Positions 16,336 through 16,595 of a stretch of DNA of 16,595 bases are shown here, in pieces. The DNA is from a virus. The notes beneath the pieces were generated by a model. That model had not been told where the DNA came from. It searched no databases and worked only from the letters and a program-made list of their open reading frames with translations. Each line of letters starts with the position of its first letter. The stretch's first letter is position 1. The stretch spans positions 1-16,595 of IMG/VR virus record IMGVR_UViG_3300045988_078457. One strand, 5' to 3'. The position numbers and the translations under genes were made by a program.

Positions 16336-16595
16336 ATGGCAATAGTATTTATATCAGAACCAGTAGCTAAAAATACTACAACTAAAAATTTAGATTTAAT
16401 TAAAGCTGCTGAATGTAAGTTACAAGAGAAATCAGTGGAATATACTCAAAATGCAGAGTTTGAAGTACTGCCAGATGAGGGATATGATGGAATGTCTAAG
16501 GTAAATGTATCTGTTGATGTAGTAGTGCCTACAGTTCAAGCTTCCAAAGCAATTACAATTACTCAGAATGGACCAATAGAGATTCTTCCTGACTC
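16336..16595 (+). CDS. Structural protein, 5' fragment (runs off the window); tail-fibre-like N-terminal module
   Basis: ATG at 16336 is open to the window end: MAIVFISEPVAKNTTTKNLDLIKAAECKLQEKSVEYTQNAEFEVLPDEGYDGMSKVNVSVDVVVPTVQASKAITITQNGPIEILPD. The motif LQEK-x-V-x(4-8)-PD-x-GYDG(M/L)SKV-x-V recurs in phage fibre-like proteins as far as I recall. Confidence 0.5.
   Translation, partial: MAIVFISEPVAKNTTTKNLDLIKAAECKLQEKSVEYTQNAEFEVLPDEGYDGMSKVNVSVDVVVPTVQASKAITITQNGPIEILPD

Noticed and set aside
1-16595. CRISPR array, diversity-generating retroelement, integrase/att sites or a toxin-antitoxin pair.
   Set aside because: I saw no spaced direct repeats, no reverse-transcriptase-like ORF or template/variable repeat pair, and no recombinase motifs. 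I also saw no small two-gene cassette outside the phage modules.

Overview
AT-rich (roughly 30% G+C by eye) bacteriophage or prophage packaging and virion-morphogenesis region. Every convincing gene is on the + strand. The supplied ORF track looks fragmented because it uses the standard code. I count 32 in-frame TGA codons, and no TAA or TAG, that join neighbouring same-frame fragments into long ORFs. Several of these TGAs fall on tryptophan positions conserved in recognisable families, for example NLEW, W-x-S and WKY in a NUMOD4/HNH homing endonuclease. I therefore read the element with TGA=Trp (table-4-like). Real stops are TAA (most) or TAG (three). Re-read this way, the gene order is: a small membrane protein; a PD-(D/E)XK-like nuclease; a sigma factor apparently split into a region-2 ORF and a region-4 ORF; a two-TM membrane protein; a hypothetical protein; terminase small and large subunits; a tail assembly chaperone with a likely -1 frameshift extension; a gp10-like morphogenesis protein; a 726-aa tail/baseplate protein with Ig/BACON-like modules; a free-standing HNH homing endonuclease; a 1119-aa tail-tip-class protein; a 777-aa tape-measure-like protein; then a promoter-to-terminator operon (XkdF-like protease domain, scaffold, major capsid protein, tail-tube candidate) and a truncated structural gene. 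Five things stand out. (1) The TGA recoding itself. (2) The capsid operon is a TGA-free, higher-GC island with 10 of 10 Trp codons as TGG, against about 32 TGA to 32 TGG elsewhere. (3) A conserved 18-19 nt motif occurs three times, only in the two real intergenic gaps, each time followed by a hairpin. (4) The sigma factor is split. (5) The module order is non-canonical, with no portal gene between terL and the head genes. I saw no tRNA, CRISPR array, integrase or lysis cassette in this window. All translations were done by hand and all functional calls rest on remembered family motifs, so they need HMM confirmation.
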